Program-made: the position numbers and the translations under genes
The notes under the pieces: generated by a model
Database searches by the model: none
Told to the model about the DNA's origin: nothing
The model's input: only the letters and a program-made list of their open reading frames with translations
Shown here: piece after piece, positions 13,662-26,900 of the stretch
How the letters are laid out: every line of letters begins with the position of its first letter
Position numbering within the stretch: the stretch's first letter is position 1
Assembly: GCF_035594765.1 (NCBI RefSeq)
Contig: NC_085844.1
Span: forward strand, 196,308,107-196,372,106
Direction of reading: 5' to 3'
DNA length: 64,000 bases
Origin: Anolis carolinensis
Lineage: Eukaryota

Positions 13662-13779
13662 CTAGCAAAAGAACAGAGAAGGGAAATATCAGATCCAAAA
13701 CATCATATTTATTTGAATAATTATTATGATTTCTTAAACTGGTAATGCAATTTTGTATTTTTTTCAAATCCAGGTTTAT

Positions 13780-14465
13780 TTTATTTTTTTCGATGTCAGG
13801 AGTGACTTGAGAAACTGCAAGTCGTTTCTGGTGTGAAAGAATTGGCCATCTGCAAGGACATTGCCCAGATGGCCAGATTCGAACCACTGACCTTTTGATC
13901 AGCAGTCCTGCTGCCACAAAGATTTAATCCATTGCGCCACCGGGGGCCCCTGGTTTAATTTATTTTTCATGTCAGAAGCAAATTGAGCATACAGTTATAA
14001 TGTATAAAAAACTACAAAGTTAAAAACTTGGCATTATGCTAAATTTCCTTTGACCAGACGCTGGCCACTTGGAGTGCCTCTGATATGGCTGTAAGAAGGT
14101 CCTCCATTGTGCATGTGGCAGGGCTCAGACTGTATAGTAGTAAGTGGTCTGCGGTTTGCTCTTCTCCGCACTCGCATGTCATGGACTCCACTTTGTAGCC
14201 CCATTTCTTAAGATTGGCTCTGCATCTCGTGGTGGAGCCCCCGGTAGCGCAATAGGTTAAACACTTGTGCCGGCAGGACTGCTGACTGACAGGTCAGTGG
14301 TTCGAAGCTGGGGAAAGCAGTGTGAGCTCCCTCTGTCAGCTCCAGCTGCCCGTGCAGGGGCATGAGAGAAGCCTCCCACAAGGAGGCAACGTCCTTGCAG
14401 ACGGTCAATTCTCTCACACTGGAAGTGACTTGCAGTTTCTCAAGTTGCTCCTAACATGGAAATAA
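13780..14465. mobile_element. Cluster of tRNA-derived SINEs (minus 13780-13950, plus 14233-14465) and a Vingi/Ingi-like LINE 3' end (minus, about 13960-14215)
   Basis: GGAGCCCCCGGT(A/G)GCGCAAT..GTTAAA head and cttgcagtttctcaagt tail. The LINE family call is from recall. Confidence 0.7.
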
Positions 14466-15419
14466 ACTTCGTGGTTTATTATATCAAGTGGACTAATTTA
14501 AAGCAGATAAATTAATCTCTGGATTAAATTTATGGGTTGTCAAAAGCAATCAAATGACTTAATATTTTTAAAAATTTAAAAGCGATAACCTTTTATTCTG
14601 TGTCCTTTAATGCCATGGGTTGGCACTGCTGCAAAGTAAAGCTCAGTTGTGTTGCTGCTTATTGAAATGACTATCAAAATGTCAATATAATTAAAAGGAG
14701 GAGGAGAAGGACAAGATTCATAATGTGTTTCTGTTCCCCTCTCGTCCATCCTCATTGGAGTGATTAATTTTCAAAATTCCCTTCAACTTTGCTGGTCATT
14801 ATTGTATAGAGAGATGAACATGTACAGGAATTTAGACCTTTGAATACATGATTATATGTGATGAGAAAACAATGGTTTTAGGCAACTATGGGATTTATGT
14901 ATACCAAATTTATGGGAGCCCATAAAAGCCTTGGGAACTTTTACTTGTTAATGAGACTCTTCACACATGGAAAGCAAGCATTTCTTTTGTATACCCTCCA
15001 ACATTTCACTAATAAAAACAAGGACATATGTCACCAAACAAAATCAGAAAGTAGCCAAGGCCAAGTTGTCAAAACGTATAAATGAGAACGAACGCACAAT
15101 CTAAGAGATGCTGCAGCAATTTGCTGTTGGCTGAGTCTGCAGGAAAGGGCAAGATTTCTTCTGCTACTCTTTTCTCTTATGTTGTGTTGAGCGCATATGA
15201 CTTTTTGCACTTTGAACTAAGTTCACAGCTTTTGAAGCAAGTTGAGGATAATGGAGGAATATTGCATATTTTAATATAGCTGCAAAAGCAGGGAGGCAGA
15301 GGATTATTTAGGACTATCTCTGTGGGACAATGATCAGCTATGTGTCCTGGAGGTAGGTGAAGGTCCAATACTCTTCCTCTCAAGCTAGCTACTGTGTGCA
15401 GAGAAGATGTGTTTATATA

Positions 15420-15752
15420 AAGTAAAGGTAAAGGTTTTCCCCTGACGTTAAGTCCAGTCGCGACCGACTCTGGGGGTTGGTGCTCATCTCCATTTCTAAG
15501 CTGAAGAGCCAGCATTGTCCGTAGACATCTCCAAGGTCATGTGGCCGGCATGACTGCATGGAGCGCCGTTACCTTCCCGCCAGAGCGGTACCTATTGATC
15601 TACTCACATTTGCATGTTTTTGAACTGCTAGGTTGGCAGGAGCTGGGGCTAACAGCGGGTGCTCGTTCCGCTCCCGGGATTTGAACCTGGGACCTTTTGG
15701 TCCGCAAGTTCAGCAGCTTAGCGTTTTAACACACTGTGCCACTAGAGACCCA
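15420..15752 (-). mobile_element. Full-length Sauria SINE
   Basis: (ACCTTT)n tail, tRNA-like head, TSD gtgtttatata. Confidence 0.9.
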
Positions 15753-16707
15753 GTGTTTATATAGGGGAACCATATAATTTCCCTGTCTGCAATTGTCCTA
15801 AATGTTAAAGTCTAGAAGGACACTTCCAAGTACTCTTATCTTTTTGCATATTTGAATTGTTTGTAAATACCTTTGGTGTGAAGGTGTCCTTTTGATCAAT
15901 TGTTTCCAAGATCAGGACCTGTATATACACCCATTAAGATAAAGTAAGATTGAAATGCCAACATTTGTGCAGTGTGTTAATTTAACCAGATATTTGTTCT
16001 CAGTCTCTCTCCCTTTTGTCTCCAGCTATTGGCCTTTACCTTTGGGTATCATTGGGATATTTGTCCATGCAGAGTGGCAGGTGCTGAGCTCTGCATGGGA
16101 TAAGTTCACTGAAATATTAGAAGTAGAGTCCTCTACTAGGTCTATGAGCTGTCTGTACTCTGTGATTTATTGTTTTTTCTGCATTATTTTTATTGCCAGG
16201 ATACATAGCAATAAGTGTGTTCTTTCATAATCAAGGGATTTAGACAGAAGTCCTTTGTTAGGGAGCTGGACATATGAACATATGGAATAGATTGGATCCA
16301 CAGTAGTGTTATTTCTGTTTGTGATGAAATTCCCTTTCTTTAGAGTTTCCTGGTCCACCTCAAAAAGTCCCTTGGAGGGCTGAAATGCCCTTTGGAGCAG
16401 TGTAAGAGGTAAGATATAGTGGTGCACAGCAAGGAGAGAATGACAAAGAACACAGATGGTCTGTTTACTTTCATTCTTCTGTGGAAATTCTCCCAGTGCT
16501 TTCTATAAACAGAGAAAGCGCCTGCATTCATGGAATGACATTTTTAAAAAGTCCATGGCTTGGTCTGCTCAGAACTTTGTCACCCCAGGTTTAGGATGGA
16601 CAGGAATAGGTAAGGCATTTGTGTGCAAAGCAAAAACAAAACCTCCACAGTGTTAATCCAATACTATGCCAGATCATGATGTATTTAATAAACAAAACTA
16701 CTTTTAG

Positions 16708-17028
16708 GAGCCTCCGGTGGCGCAGCGGGTTAAACCATTGAGCTGCTGAACTTGCTGACCAAAAGGTCAGCGGTTTGAATCCTGGGAGTGGAGTGAGCTC
16801 CCGCTGTTAGCCCTAGCTTCTGCCAACCTAACAGTTCGAAAACATGCAAATGTGAGCAGATCAATAGGTACCGCTCAGGTGGAAAGGTAATGGCGCTCCA
16901 TGCAGTCATACCAGCCACATGATCTACAGACAACTGGCTCTTCGGCTTAGAAATGAAGGTGAGTACCAACCCCCAGAGTCGGATACGACTAGACTTAATG
17001 TCGGGAAAACCTTTGCCTTTATCTTTAC
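16708..17028 (+). mobile_element. Sauria SINE
   Basis: gagcctccggtggcgcagcgggttaaa head, accttt-like tail, TSD ctacttttag. Confidence 0.9.
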
Positions 17029-17599
17029 CTACTTTTAGAAAGTACCAGAAAGTTGGAGTGGGGAGTTGTTCAGCATCTGAAGTGGTGATAGAAATGGAGA
17101 GATGCCTAATTATTTTCCTAGGTAGAGACTTATGAGTTCTCTTGTCTCAAAAATGAAATGAGTGAGATGAAAAGTTCAGCACAAAATAGTCCCTGGTTGC
17201 ATAAGTACCATTTTCAACCTATCCTAAATGCAAGAATATGGTGCTGTCATTGATACAGCTATGTGTAACGTGACTCTTACGAGCAGCTCATAGCAGTTCT
17301 CTTCATCACAGTGTCTCCCATATCATTCTACTAGAGAATAAATATATCAGAAACATCAGTAAGTGGAGATGCAAACCAACAAGGTCCAGATTATCAGTGG
17401 CTTGGTTGATGCCACTGGCTTCTCTCTTGCTACTAGTTGAAGGGAAATGGTGTAACTTGCTTCTTCTTTCTTTCCAGTCTTTTATCTGTTTCTACATAGT
17501 ATGTGTTATATGTGTCAGCCAGTAAACACATGTTGCATCAGGGTGTTAATGTCACTGAAGCCGGACAACTGGAAGTGTGATTGCACATGAACATTTTCT

Positions 17600-18130
17600 A
17601 TATGTTGTTGACTATTGTACAGAACATTTTATTTTTTCTTATTCGTTTCTGTATTTAATTTCTCTACCACCATTCTTTGAACAGCTCCCACATGTGCACC
17701 AGGAGGGTATTTTGGAAATTGCTTTGGGACCCCAGCTTCTTAATCTGAATTTGGGCCAGCCTTTCTGTTTGTCTAAGCAAGGTGGTGGCTCTCTCTTCCC
17801 TCAGCTTTCTGGTGACGTAGAAAGGCAGCAGATGGTTAGCTGTCAATGTATTATTCTTCACTTTTTAGGCCTGATGAGGGGCAACAGGGCTTGTGGGATT
17901 TTCTGCCTCAGGTGCTAACATATTATATTCTGGGATTATGCATCTTGAATCGGAAAGGACTGGGTCCAGTATTTTGGGTAAAGGACTAAGGATGTGGTCA
18001 GTTCTAATATTTGAGTGCCTATTTCATTTTCCTGTTTCTATTTTTGTTCTACTAGGGAAAAATTTAATGTCTTTTAAAATGTGCCAGCAGACACATACTG
18101 TATATGTGCTGGAGTTCTTCCTGTCCCCTT
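17600..18130 (-). mobile_element. Possible degraded L1-clade ORF2 3' remnant
   Basis: LVHMWELFKEWW-like motif; heavily decayed. Confidence 0.3.
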
Positions 18131-19184
18131 CCAGAAAATAGTGGTTTCTCAATGAGCTTGAGTTGCACAACTCTTTATAAATAAAAGTCAATCAATTCTG
18201 AGATTAAACTTCCACTGAAATTATTTTTTCCCTATTTTTAAAAAATGGTTATAGCAAGTTTACCAATATGCTGTGACTCAGAAAAACAAGTACTGAATGC
18301 AAAACCTACTGGCTGTGATGGAGAAAATGAATGCAGTGCTTCCTTGACATGACTTTGACTCCATGGCTCAGAAAAAGTCATGAATAGCTCTTCTGTGAAT
18401 AGTAATAAAGGCTTCTCTGGATGTTCACTTCAGTGCCAGTAATTGGGTGTGTGTGTTTCCTCCAGTGTGTAGGATGCAGCTTGCAGTAAACTACATAAAC
18501 ACATAAATACTTACCTGAGTCTCTCCTTCCCCCTCCATCCCCAGCCCATTTAGTATTTTTAGGATTCTTTTAAATTAGCCTATCCAATGAATTGCTGTCT
18601 TTGGTCTCAATAATAGAGGCTAAGCAGAGAACAGAAGAAATTAGGAAACCACTGTCAAGACCTCCAAGCCAAACAGATATCTTTTAGCAGAAGCCTGATT
18701 TTAAAGGTTTACTTTTTTGGGCTATGGATTAATGCCAGTTGTTGCAATGGCAAGAAGCATAAACAAGACACAGAGCTACAGCACAGAGGTAGCAGTGGTG
18801 GTAGCAGCTTTGTAATCTCTCAGTCATAGAAGAAAGTAGAAGAGAATATTGCAGTGATGGCTATGGCTCAAGCACTCCCTATTTGACAACGAAAGAAGAG
18901 GCAGAAGTAGTAAGTAAGGCAGGTGATCCTCAGTGGCTGTTAGTTGAGGAGGAAAGACCTCTCTAGCTTTCTCCTCCTCATTCTAAATTCTGTCTTCAAA
19001 CCCAATTGTAGTGGCTCCAGGTCACTAATAAAAACATGTTTCCCTTTGACCATCTCCTCATTACCACAAGGGCCAAAAGATGAAATGTTCAACAGAACTA
19101 TCTGGATAACATGTTTTGGGCTGTCTTGATAAATGATCTTCAATAGCTACCAAAGCACTTTGAGACTATGTATTGTCGAAGGCT

Positions 19185-19460
19185 TTCCCTCACTGGAGGG
19201 AAGGATATTAGAGGCAAAGATGAAGTATTTTGGCCACATCATGAGAAGACAGGAAAGCTTGGAAAAGATCATGATGCTAGGGAAAGTGGAAGGAAAAAGG
19301 AAGAGAGGCCGACCAAGGGCGAGATGGATGGATGGTATCTTTGAAGTGACTGGCTTGACCTTGAAGGAACTAGGGGCAGTGATGGCCTACAGGGAGCTCT
19401 GGCGTGGACTGGTCCATGAGGTCACGAAGAGTCAGAAACGACTGAACGAATAAAGAAGAA
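19185..19460 (+). mobile_element. RTE/BovB LINE 3' fragment
   Basis: SLEGRILEAKMKYFGHIMRRQESLEKIMMLGKVEGKRKRGRPRARWMDGI...WRGLVHEVTKSQKRLN. Confidence 0.9.
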
Positions 19461-20224
19461 TTCATGTGTGTGCATACATAGTCCAGCGCATAGTGGAGTG
19501 TTTTTTTTTAAAAAAAACACCTTCTGACAGATGTTCCCCATCCATTCTCCATCTTGTTCCGATACAGAGGAAGTATGTTAGGATCGTGGGGGAACAAATC
19601 CCAGGATACACAGGTTTGTGTGGGGATGTTTTCAGGTCCAGGTTTTTTTTTTTGTCTTCCATTTAAAACCCATATTTTCATGCTGTCTAGAAGCGCCCTT
19701 TGAGGTGGTTTTACCAGTTCCTTTCTTTGAAATATAGTCCACAGTGCCTAGTATTCATTAGCTGTTTTCCATCCAAATACCTACCAGGCCTGACCCTTCT
19801 TAGCTTCCAAGATAAAAAAAACCCTGGTGCCTTTAGGGTTGTTAGGCATTTAGATAGAGAGATAGACAGATTCATAGATGTGGCACTGCTTCAATCAAGA
19901 TGGCAGCACTTCTAAGGTGTCACATTAAATCTAGATGATATAAAACGTAATGCAAATTAGCACTGAGACCACTGTGATCAAGACCACTGTGCGTCTGGGT
20001 CCTCTAGAAAAATGAAAATTACTACAAGTATCAGATCAATAGGCCTCTTGTTATAAAGGCTTATGTATCTCATCTGGGTTTTGATATGGCACTTACATGT
20101 ATTAAAGACCGTGGGACATTGCCTTCTGTGAGCTGCGTTCTCACTCATATGTTTCTTGTTCCCTAAGCGCCCCGAGTATACACTATGCTGTCCCTCTCCA
20201 TGAAGCAAATTATCTTAAGAATTT

Positions 20225-20710
20225 GACTGCCTATTCTACAGGGCAAGGTGCAATGTGTTCCCATCTGAAGTGCTCCAAAGAAGATTTGCAGGAGACCTAT
20301 ACAATGCAAGATTTTGCCCATGTAATAACCAGAATGTTGAATGTATGTATCACATCTTACTGTCCTGCAGTTTTTATAAGCAGGCTCAGCTACATATTAT
20401 TAACCCACGACTGATAAACTTACTTACTAGATCAGCCCAGTTCCATGTAAAGTTTTTACTAGGTGACAATTTTCCCCATGTTGCCAAATTTCTCTCTGAG
20501 GTAGTGGGATAAGACAACTTCCTGTATTAGACTTAAGTTGAAACTTATCTTACATATGTTTGCAGTGTTCTTACCCTTGTTCATATGCATCTTGTATTGC
20601 ATGTTGTCCTGCTTTTAATTGGTCTTATCAGTTTATGAATCTGTTTGCAGTTGTGCACCTTTTACCACTGAGCAAATTGGGTCTTTTGACTGTAATAAAG
20701 TTTGATTCAT
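20225..20710 (+). mobile_element. Non-LTR retrotransposon 3' end with CCHC zinc knuckle
   Basis: CPCNNQNVECMYHILLSCSFY motif; tail gactgtaataaagttt, also seen at about 39262-39280. Confidence 0.5.
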
Positions 20711-21350
20711 TGTCAAAGGTTTTCATGGCCAGAATCACAGGGTTGTTGTGGGGTTTCCAGGCTGTATGGCCATGTTCCAGAAGCATTCTCTCCTGATGTT
20801 TCACCCGCATCTGTGACAGGTATCCTCATAGGTTGTGAGGTATATTGGAAAAACTAAGCAAGGAAGATTTATATATCTGTGGCAGGTCCAGGATGGCAGA
20901 AAGAACTCTTGTCTGTTAGAGGCCAGTGTGAATGTTGTAATTAATCACCTTGATTAGCATTAATGGTCTTGTGAGCTTCATGTCCTGGCTTCTTCTTGCC
21001 TGGGGGAATCCTTTGTTCAGAGGTGTTAGCTGCCCCTGATTGTTTACTGTCTGGAATTCCTCTGTTTTCAGAGTGTTGTTCCTTATTTACTGTCCTGATT
21101 TTAGAGTTTTTAAAATACTGGTAGCCAGATTTTGTTCATTTTCATGGTTTTCTCCTTTCTGTTGAAATTGTCCACATGCTTGTGGATTTCAATGGCTTCT
21201 CATCAGAGCACTTGATGAACCAACCTGGGCACAGTATATTATTTGGGAACACAAAAATGCTGGACCACTCTAACAACTATCATGTCAGACTACACAGAGA
21301 GAATGCTTTGGATCATGGCCATACAGCCCGGAAAACCCACAACAACCCAA
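20710..21350. mobile_element. Penelope-like element (minus 20710-21200, inverted plus segment 21200-21350)
   Basis: EHLMNQPGHSILF.NTKMLDHSNNYHVRLHRE (GIY-YIG C-terminal remnant); inverted terminal segment catggccatacagccc...cacaacaaccc. Confidence 0.85.
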
Positions 21351-21746
21351 AGTTTTGATTGATTGAAAAAGACTTATGTCACACTAAGATTTTTAGGATC
21401 CTATCAAAGTCCTGCTTTATACTGATATAGGATCAATGTCCATAGGTCTGGCCACACTGGGGTTACATCAGGGCTTGAGAGCATAGAATTCCTGGAAGCG
21501 ACGTAACCAGTGAGGTGGCAGACATGGAGCATCATGGTGATATTGTATGTGGCAGCACAACACAGGGCACAGTTGCAGAACAAACAAATAAATGAACATA
21601 AAAGCAAATAAATCCTATCTAAAAATGCACAGGGCGCATTTGCATATTGCTTCAATGAGGCCTGCTATAGGTGTAGATCAATATTGCAGAATAATCTAAG
21701 TTAAATAGATGAGTTGACATAGAGGAAAAATGTATTTTTGCTAAAT

Positions 21747-21752
21747 TTTATT
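21747..21752 (-). terminator. Polyadenylation signal of gene B
   Basis: AATAAA on the minus strand about 72 nt after the stop codon. Confidence 0.65.
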
Positions 21753-21824
21753 TCAATTGGAAAGCAGTTTGGAATGTTGAGTCAGATTAGGAAAGAGTAG
21801 ATAGTGAATTTAATCCTGATCTTT

Positions 21825-23883
21825 TCATGCCCAGTTGCAACACTGACAGCTGGAGTCAAAAACAAGACCGCTCTGGCAATTCTGCAGGAAGGTTCTTCCA
21901 TTCACACAGTGGTAGAAGCTGTTCTTGTTGGTTGGGTCTGGATAAAGGCCTCCGGCTTTTCCAGCACAGAACCCACTACCGCCAGAGCTGCTGGGGCTTC
22001 CGCCAGAGCTGCTGGGGCTTCCACCAGAGCTGCTGGGGCTACCTCCAGAGCTGCTGGGGCTACCTCCAGAGCTGCTGGGGCTGCCACCAGAACTTCCACT
22101 GCCACTACCAGATGATGGCTGGGAAGGAGCTTTGCAGCCTAGAGAAAAAGACAACAGTTATGATTCCTCTCTTGGATAATCACTGCTATTTTTAATTTTT
22201 TTTAAAAAAATGTGTACTTTATGCCATTCTGGGCTTGACACAGACAATTAGTCCATGCTATAGAGAAGGTCAACCATGAGTCTCTTAATTTTGCTTTCCC
22301 CCTTTTCATAAAGTATATTTCACCTTAATTCACCTTCATGTCAGCAGAGATGAGTCTGAGCTGCTAATCATTTTAATCTCAGGTATGCACAAAATTGGCA
22401 TTTTCTAACTTTGTTGACTGCAAAATCTCATAATCGGTCATTCTATTCCATCCTTCCACTATTTGGGATCTACCAAATCAAATATAGTTTATCAGCAGCC
22501 ATAACAATTCAGTGTTGGCTAGTGGCTGGCTAGAATAATAGAATCATAGAATAAGAGAGTTGGAAGAGACCTCATGGGCCATCCAGTCCAACCCCCTGCC
22601 AAGAAGCAGGAAATCACATTCAAAGCACCCCCGACAGATGGCCATTCAGCCTCTGCTTAAAAGCCTCCAAAGAAGGAGCCTCCACCACAGTCCGGGGCAA
22701 AGAGTTCCACTGCCAAACAGCCCTCACAGTGAGGAAGTTCTTCCTGATGTTCAGGTAGAATCTCCTTTCCTATAGTTTAAAGCCATTGTTCCGTTTCCTA
22801 GTCTCCAGGGCAGCAGAAAACAAGCTTGCTCCCTCCTCCCTATGACTTCCCCTCATATATTTATACTGTATTAGATGGGTAAAAAATCCACTCCGGGGGT
22901 TAGTTTGATTTTTAAAGAAGCTTTCCAAGATATTGAACTGAACTCTGTCTTAAAAATACATTCAATACCTTCAATTGTTATTTTAAGGGGAAGACTAAAA
23001 CAAACACTAAATCCACTCTCCTACTGACAGGGTAGTGACCTACCATAAACGCTCAATGGAATCATTTAAATGTATGGATTATATGTTTTATGACTCTGCA
23101 TTAATCCTTCCAGAATTCAAATACCATCTGATTGGAAGGTTAACAATAAATTATGAACTTTGTTCTGAACTGTTTCAGTCCTTTCCTTCCAATTCCTGTG
23201 TTATTGTCTCTGTAGCAGTGGTGAAGCCTGTTTGAGTCTTTAATACTCATTCCAGTTTCATATTGAACATAAATATGCCCTTGTACTACCGTGTTTCCCC
23301 GAAAATAAGACCTCCCCAAAGAATAAGACCTAGCAGGGGTTTGGGGGGATTGCCAAATATAAGGCCTCCCCTGAAAGTAAGACCTAGCAACTAAGGCTGC
23401 AGCAGAGTTCCATTGGGAAGCATGGCTGCAGGGCAGAAGCAGCACTCATACACACACCGGAGGGAGGGAGGGAGGGAGGGAAAGTGCTTGCTTTCTGTGC
23501 CTCCCTCCCTGCCTTGCCTTGCCTTGCCTTGCCTGTCCCCCAGCCTCCGTGGCTGCTGCTGCGCTGCCGTTTCTTCCTTCCGAGAGAAGGCTCCGTTCCT
23601 GGCCATGCTCCCTTGCTTCCCAGAGGCTTCTGATTGGCTCATGGAGCCAGGGCAAGGAAGGGTGGGAGGGAGGGAGGGAAGAGGGCTTTCGTCCTGCTGC
23701 TTTTGCTCCTTAAAGGTACAGGACGCATTGGGATTCTCCTCTCATCATTCCTATCCTATGCCATGAAACTGATTATTTTATACTATTATTCTATTGCCAT
23801 GTTATTATCATCATATTCTGTTACTATTATTATATCCCATTATTATATTATCCTAATAATATATTTTAAATCATTATATTTTC

Positions 23884-23915
<32 letters not shown>

Positions 23916-26900
23916 CATTATATTATTCTATTATTATTCTATTATATTTTCATATTATTATATTATTCTGTTATTATTAAATTCCATTTTATATTACCCT
24001 ATTAATATATTTTATATCATTATATTCTATACTATTATTATATTATATTATCATATTATTTTATTATTAGCATATTCTGTTATTATTATATTCCATTTTA
24101 TATTATCCTATTAATATATTTTATATCATTCTATTCCATTCTATTATTCTATTATATTATCCTATTATTATTATATTATTATGCTATTCTGTTATTATAT
24201 CCCATTATTATATTATCCTATTAATGCCATATTATTATCATATTCTGTTATTATTATATCCTATATTATATTATCTCATTAATATATTGTATATCATTAT
24301 ATTATCATTATATTATCATATTATTATTATAGTTTATTATATTATTCATCATTCATGACTACATTGAAACTAGAATAGAGAGAAATCAGCGTGGAAACCT
24401 TGTGAAACCTAAATTGCAAGAGGTACCATAGATTGTTGTACATGTAAATAATGGTAGTAACAATAAATTCTTGATAGGATTCATAGTTTGTCTGGTTATG
24501 CTGGTTTGTGATGACAACTACTTTACAGTATATAATAAATGTTCATTTTGTTGTTCAACAATAAATGTGAGCTCTTCTTCATGGAAAAATAAGACATCCC
24601 CTGAAAATAAGACCTAGTGCATCTTTGGGAGCAAAAATTAATATAAGACCCTGTCTTATTTTCGGGGAAACAGGGTAGCAAAGTCTTTTGACTTTGAGAA
24701 TTTAAAAGCAGCCAGATCCAGTATCTCCTATTTCCTAATGTTTGCCTCCTTCATGCTACAACTGTATCAAAATGTGCTGACAGTACACAGTCTATTCTAT
24801 ATTTCTCTGTCCAATCTACATCTCGAATTGATATGAATATATTATATCCAGCCACAAACCCTTCCCTAAAACGTTGGTCTTCGCATTCACATTGTGGTCT
24901 CCTGCTGCTGCAGCCACCACCACCACTTCTATTTGTACTTCTACCACTACTACCGGTACTACTTACTTGCACTCTGCAGTCCAAGAGCATTCTTCAAGGT
25001 GGTGATCAAGGGGTATTTGCCCTGGTTGCAGAAAGTGCCAGTGAAGTCATCCAAGTCAAGGGACCAAACCATGGCACCTGCAAAGTTGTTCTTCTTCAGC
25101 CACTCAGCCTGTTTGATGTAAAGAAAGAAGCTAGGAGGGGTCAGTCCATGTTGCATGAAGAATAGAAACAGTATTTCATGTTGGATAATTAAGGATCACT
25201 CTCATACCTTGATGTTAAAACTCTTGATGTTGTCATACCCAAGCCATTCATTCCCTTTGTAGGCATAGGGCACATCTTGAGGACCATCCCAGGCTTGTGT
25301 AGCTCCATTTTTCAAGAAGGTGCAGATCTGAAACAAGAAAAATACTATTTTGTAAATCATGTAAGATTTTTTGTCATGGTTAGTTTCTCATAATGCAGTT
25401 TGCATAATCTGGAGAAATGCATTGAAAGTATAAAAGTGCAGGTCTGTGCTATATGTTGTGCTAAAGGCTGGGTTCATAATAAAGCAAGTCCTTGCTAATG
25501 TAGACACCTTAAATTTTCTAAAATTCCTGATCATTCCAAACCACCATGCATTAGGCATATCGTTCTATGTTAATATCATCTGTCATAAGAAGGTAGAGTA
25601 ACAGCTGTTTGCCTGTGGCAGCCAGAAAGCAAACTTCATTAATTGCCAACGTCTAAAAAAATCACTAGTTGCTGTATTTCAAAAATATTTTTCTACCACT
25701 GGTCTTGACTAAACAGCATTCCTAAAAAAATCAAAATATTATTGACATCATCCATGACATTAGATTATTCTAATGGGGAAATACTTCTCTGAATACAGAG
25801 CTATACATTAGAAATGCATTCATTTGTACAGAATCATTTCTGAACTAAGCAAAGAACTGCCTTCATGCTGGTATGTGTACAACACTCTAATGTATGTCAC
25901 GTCCATTGTTCCATGTATGATGCTCATGATATGAACGGGATATATTCATTACAAAACTCTTTGCCACTGATGGTTTGTGTCAAACCAACTTTATATCTTT
26001 TGTTTCATAATCTATCAGTGCTGAGGAATTTGTTAGTCATTCCTATTGATCAAAAATAAGTAAGATGTTTTTGAAGGATCTTCTTCAATAAAATAAGTTG
26101 ACTGCTAGTTGCCTGAATATATTGAATTCAGTTCTGTGTTATCAATACAAATGTACAAACCTCATAGTAAGCCCAGAAGCCAGCTTGTCTTGAGTAAGGT
26201 CCAGCAGGCCCAGCTCCAGATGTGGGAGCGCCAATGGCAGTATTGGATGGATCACTGAGGATGAAGGTGTGTCCATAAGTTGGGAATCCAACAATGAGTT
26301 TCTCAGCTGGAGCACCGTGATCTTTCCAGTAGTTCATGGCATAGTCCTATAAAAGTAATACTTGTGTTTTGAGTTTTGCATGCTTGCAGTTTTTCAAGCC
26401 TGATTTCATTGCTGGCTTTGAGGAGTCCTGGTGCATCCTTTCATCCTATACTTACAATGTTGAAGTAGATGTTGCTGCCAGTATCAGCAGGACCTCTGTA
26501 CAGAGGGCTGTTCTCTCCAGTGTACCCTTCCCAGGATCCATGGAAGTCATAAGTCATTACATGGAAATAGTCCAGGTACCTGTGGAATAATAAAATGCAT
26601 ATGTGTCTAACATACCATTTAGTAGGCAGTATGAAGACTCAGTTACTTAGGCCTCACATTGCTAAAGTTGGTTCCAGATGAGGCCTGATTATACAATAAA
26701 TATTTTGCAACCCCCCTGTTTTATCCACGGAACTGTTTGGGGATTCAGGTATCACAAGCAAAAGAATGAGGATTTTTCTTCTTCCGTTTTCCCATTATAT
26801 CTTATAAAAAAACTGGAATCTGATGCAACAGAATCACCATCAATGTCTTTTGATTCTAGCAATTCATGTTATCATTTAGGCTGATCTTCACTAAACTTGT

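Noticed and set aside
13058-13665. Many overlapping long ORFs (up to 188 aa) on both strands
   Set aside because: Artefact of high GC inside a TSD-bounded transposon; no protein motif.
21982-22086. Regularly spaced repeats as a CRISPR-like array
   Set aside because: Eukaryotic coding tandem repeat with no unique spacers.
21804-22195. Plus-strand repetitive ORFs (RAAGA.., QSCWG..)
   Set aside because: Antisense shadows of the gene B linker repeat.
23634-24350. Hydrophobic Ile/Leu/Tyr-rich ORF
   Set aside because: Translation of an (ATT)-rich low-complexity tract within a transposon.
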